Part shown: positions 61,177-64,000 of the stretch, piece after piece
How positions within the stretch are numbered: position 1 is the stretch's first letter
Layout: each line of letters starts with the position of its first letter
NCBI GenBank assembly: GCA_963750165.1
Contig: CAVVPN010000003.1
Location: 544,001 to 608,000 of the forward strand
Direction of reading: 5' to 3'
Length of the DNA: 64,000 nt
Source: an uncultured Gemmataceae bacterium
GTDB taxonomy: Bacteria > Planctomycetota > Planctomycetia > Gemmatales > Gemmataceae
Notes under the pieces: generated by a model
The model's database searches: none
Seen by the model: the letters and a program-made list of their open reading frames with translations, nothing else
What the model was told of the DNA's origin: nothing
Program-made: the position numbers and the translations under genes

Positions 61177-61474
61177 CGGGACAGGGGTTCAGGGTCGGGC
61201 ACCCGTGGACAGGGGCGGCAAGTAGCGGTCACAGCCGGGGCCGCCGAGGCCGCGTCGGTCGTGCTCTATTATAGCGCCGGCTTTGGCCGTCCGGGGAAAT
61301 TCTCGTGGCCCAGGCCGCCCACGGTTCGGCACCGGCCCCCGCAAAGCGTGCATGATGTGCGCCCTTGCCGCGGCTGGCGCCGTCCGCGCTCCCATCCTTG
61401 GCGACGGCCGGTTGCCGCATAGGTTAGCTGTGGAGCCTTCGATTTCAAGTTCTCGCCGCGCCTCAGGCTGTCTC

Positions 61475-62035
61475 ATGACACGCACCCTCACCACGTTGTC
61501 CGGCATCCTTCTGCTAGCGCTGGCCGTGACCTTTGTGCTCGGCTGGCTGTCGTTCTTCGCCGACCCAACCTCCGTCTGGAAAAAAGACCTGTTTATCGTG
61601 CATTTCACCCTCGGGCTGATGAGCGCGCTCGGGGCGTTGCTGGTGCATTGCCTGATTTTCACCTATTTCCTGGGCACCGGCCGCTGGGTCAAGGAGGTGG
61701 GGATGGCGTACCATCTGGCGGACGAGCGCTGGCCGCGCGAGACGCGCGAACTGAAGCGCACCGTGTTCCCGCCGGCGCTGTACGCCATGCTCATCACCAT
61801 CGCCACCGTCGCGGCCGGCGCCGGCAGCCAGCTGCGGGTCTGGCACTGGGGCATTCACCTGACGCTGGCGACGCTGACGCTGGTCATCAACATCTGGGCG
61901 TTCCGCGTCGAGTTCCGCACCGTGTCGCGCAACGCGGCGCTGATTGGCGAGGTGATGGCGGAGGTGGACCGCATCCGCGCAGCGCACGGCCTGCCCAGCA
62001 ATGCCGAGGCGCTGCAACAGGAGGAAGTATTGTAG
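61475..62035 (+). CDS. Four-TM membrane protein
   Basis: HFTLGL, HCLIFTYFLGTGRWVKE, IHLTL. Confidence 0.75.
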   Translation: MTRTLTTLSGILLLALAVTFVLGWLSFFADPTSVWKKDLFIVHFTLGLMSALGALLVHCLIFTYFLGTGRWVKEVGMAYHLADERWPRETRELKRTVFPPALYAMLITIATVAAGAGSQLRVWHWGIHLTLATLTLVINIWAFRVEFRTVSRNAALIGEVMAEVDRIRAAHGLPSNAEALQQEEVL

Positions 62036-62086
62036 TGCGGGTGGCCCACCTGCGCAACCGCCATGCAGGCGCGACGCCTGCATCAT
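62032..62086. repeat. Degenerate REP-like element between convergent genes
   Basis: ATGCAGGCGCGACGCCTGCAT hairpin preceded by GTAGTGCGGGTGGCCCACCTGC. Confidence 0.5.
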
Positions 62087-62099
62087 GGAAGCAAGCCCC

Positions 62100-63410
62100 T
62101 CAGACGCACGCTGCAATGGAGGGGCGCACCTCCTGGGCCGCTCGCGCCAGTCGCCGTACCGCCTCGCGCAGCTGGGCCGGCGCCGCAACGCCGAAGCTCA
62201 GCCGCGCCTCGTTGGTCGGCATCGCTCCGTCGTCCGCGGCCGGCACATGGCAGAACTGGCCCGGCACGTACAGCACCCCCTCCCGCAGCGCCGCCCGCAT
62301 CAACCGGCTGTCCGGCCCCGTCTCCACCCCCGGTGGGAAGCGCAACCAGACATACAACCCGCCGTCGGGCCGCGTCCACTGCACCTCCGGCCAAGCATCA
62401 ACACCCTCATGGAACTCCGCGGTCAGCGCCGCGCTGATGGCCTTCAACTTATTGCGGTAGACGCCGCACAGGTGGGCGACGTGCTGATCGTATCGGCCGG
62501 TTTCCAGCAGACGGTCGAGCAGGTGCTGCGTCAGGTTGTTGGAGCCGAAATCGTGGTTGCCCTTGAGCCGCAGCACGGGCTCCATCAGGCCCTGCGGCAG
62601 CACGCCGTAACCGGTCTTCAGGCCGGGGGCGCACGGCTTGGAGAACGTCATGCCGAGGATGACGTGGTGGTTGTCGGCGTCGAAGCTCTTGATGCTCGGC
62701 AGATCGGGGCCGTCGTAGCGCAGCTCGCGGTAGGCGGCGTCCTCCAGGATGAGGAGGCGGTACGCGCGGCTGTAGCGCTGGGCCAGTTCCAGCAGGTGCC
62801 GGCGGCGCGGCAGCGACAGCGTCAGGCCGGTCGGGTTCTGAAAGTAATCGCAGACGTAGAGCAGCCGCACACGGTGCAGCTCGCCCGTCCGCTCCAGGCG
62901 CTGCAGCAGGTTCTCCAGGGCGTCGGTGTTCATGCCGTCGGCGTCCATTGGCACGGCCAGGGTACGCACCCCCAGGCTGGTCAGCGTGCCCTGGTAGACG
63001 AAGTAGGACGGCGCCTCGGTGATGACGATGTCGCCGGGGTCGAGCAACGCCTCGCCGACCAGGTACAGCAGCTGCTGCGAGCCGGTGGTGATGACGACAT
63101 CATCCGCAGTCAGCGACAGCTCGGCGGGGGTGAGGTCGTCGAGAGCGGCGGTGCGGGCCAGGAGTCGGTCGCGCAGCGCCGCGTAGCCCTGAGTGGTGCC
63201 GTACTGCAGGGCGGCACGAGCGGTGGTGGGGCGGCCGAGCAGGTCGCCGGCCACGGCGTTGACCTCGGCGGCGGGCAGTGATTCGGCATCGACCAGGCCG
63301 GCGGCCAGGCTAATCAGGTGGGGGTTTTCCACGGCCTGCTTCATGAAGTAGCTGATCGGCTGGTCGGCGGTCTGCCGGGCTCGCACGGACAACGGAAGCG
63401 CTGCGCCCAT
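62100..63410 (-). CDS. PLP-dependent class I/II aminotransferase (2-aminoadipate transaminase-like)
   Basis: LQYGTTQG, FQNPTG, ILEDAAY, TFSKPCAPGLKTG, RLSFG. Confidence 0.9.
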   Translation of the reverse strand: MGAALPLSVRARQTADQPISYFMKQAVENPHLISLAAGLVDAESLPAAEVNAVAGDLLGRPTTARAALQYGTTQGYAALRDRLLARTAALDDLTPAELSLTADDVVITTGSQQLLYLVGEALLDPGDIVITEAPSYFVYQGTLTSLGVRTLAVPMDADGMNTDALENLLQRLERTGELHRVRLLYVCDYFQNPTGLTLSLPRRRHLLELAQRYSRAYRLLILEDAAYRELRYDGPDLPSIKSFDADNHHVILGMTFSKPCAPGLKTGYGVLPQGLMEPVLRLKGNHDFGSNNLTQHLLDRLLETGRYDQHVAHLCGVYRNKLKAISAALTAEFHEGVDAWPEVQWTRPDGGLYVWLRFPPGVETGPDSRLMRAALREGVLYVPGQFCHVPAADDGAMPTNEARLSFGVAAPAQLREAVRRLARAAQEVRPSIAACV

Positions 63411-63631
63411 GAATCGAATCCTCGTACTTCACGAAAAAAGCCCTGGCGGCGCCAGGGCGTCATTGAAGGGTATCACGAAAGCGCAGGGCGGACAAGTTCC
63501 CTCAGCGCGCCGCCACCCTCCTGCCGCGAACCGACCCGTCCGTTTTGTCGCGAACCCGGCGCGGTCGGTCGGGGTTTCATCCCTGAACGCGCCGCGGGTC
63601 CGCGGCCGACACACCATGACCGGAGGACGCC

Positions 63632-64000
63632 ATGCAACCATTAGTCCGCTCCCTCCTCGCGCTGCCGCTGCTCGGCCTGTTGGCGCTGCCGGCCGCCGCC
63701 CAGCCGCCGCCCACCCAGCCACCGGTGGCCGCGACCGTCGAGACGACCTTGAAGACCGCCGGCAAGCAAATCCGCATGTACGCCTTCGACGGCGACCCCA
63801 ACACCTACTTCGCCTCGGCGACCCCGCCCACGGCCGCCGACCACTTCACGCTTGTGTTCGACAAACCCGTCGCCCTGAAGGCGGTCACGGTCCGCACCGG
63901 CAAGCCCGGCGGCGGCGACCAGCTCGACGCCGGCACCCTCGAAATCTCCGCCGACGGCAAAACGTTCGCACCGCTGGCGCAGTTCGCCGGCGGCACCGCC
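63632..64000 (+). CDS. Secreted protein with discoidin/F5-8-like domain (runs off window)
   Basis: GGAGG RBS; signal peptide; AFDGDPNTYF, HFTLVFDKPV, LEISADGKTF. Confidence 0.75.
   Translation, partial: MQPLVRSLLALPLLGLLALPAAAQPPPTQPPVAATVETTLKTAGKQIRMYAFDGDPNTYFASATPPTAADHFTLVFDKPVALKAVTVRTGKPGGGDQLDAGTLEISADGKTFAPLAQFAGGTA

Overview
GC-rich bacterial window whose gene content (LEPR/'ExLExR' planctomycete export motif, PSCyt/DUF1549-DUF1553 cytochrome, PEP-CTERM, HEAT repeats) points to a planctomycete, probably Gemmataceae-like. The left ~42 kb looks like an accessory island ending at a 3' fragment of tRNA-Pro(GGG) at 41939-41985. It holds small stress-type genes (response regulator, GT4 / (alpha/alpha)6 / GH130 cluster, DUF1328, csrA), IS scraps, and one ~28.2 kb minus-strand gene (12146-40352, ~9,400 aa after repairing 7 frameshifts). 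That gene encodes a giant surface protein with beta-helix, CARDB, He_PIG, YD, beta-propeller and dockerin-like modules, plus an internal, compositionally distinct peptidoglycan-binding + MepA/LAS-type murein endopeptidase module. Directly downstream is a cohesin-like PEP-CTERM gene, so the best candidate for a new system is a cohesin-dockerin-anchored giant cell-wall-attacking surface protein. The right ~22 kb holds an integrase remnant, a truncated hydroxyproline catabolic cluster, a solo integron-type cassette with attC, birA, a MotA/ExbB-FHA + ExbD-like/vWA pair, a PSD1 cytochrome, an IS66 scar, lipB-lipA plus a lysine-less lipoyl domain, a HEAT protein, a YhaM-like nuclease, clpX and an aminotransferase, with several REP-like palindromes. 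All calls come from reading motifs by eye; no searches were run.
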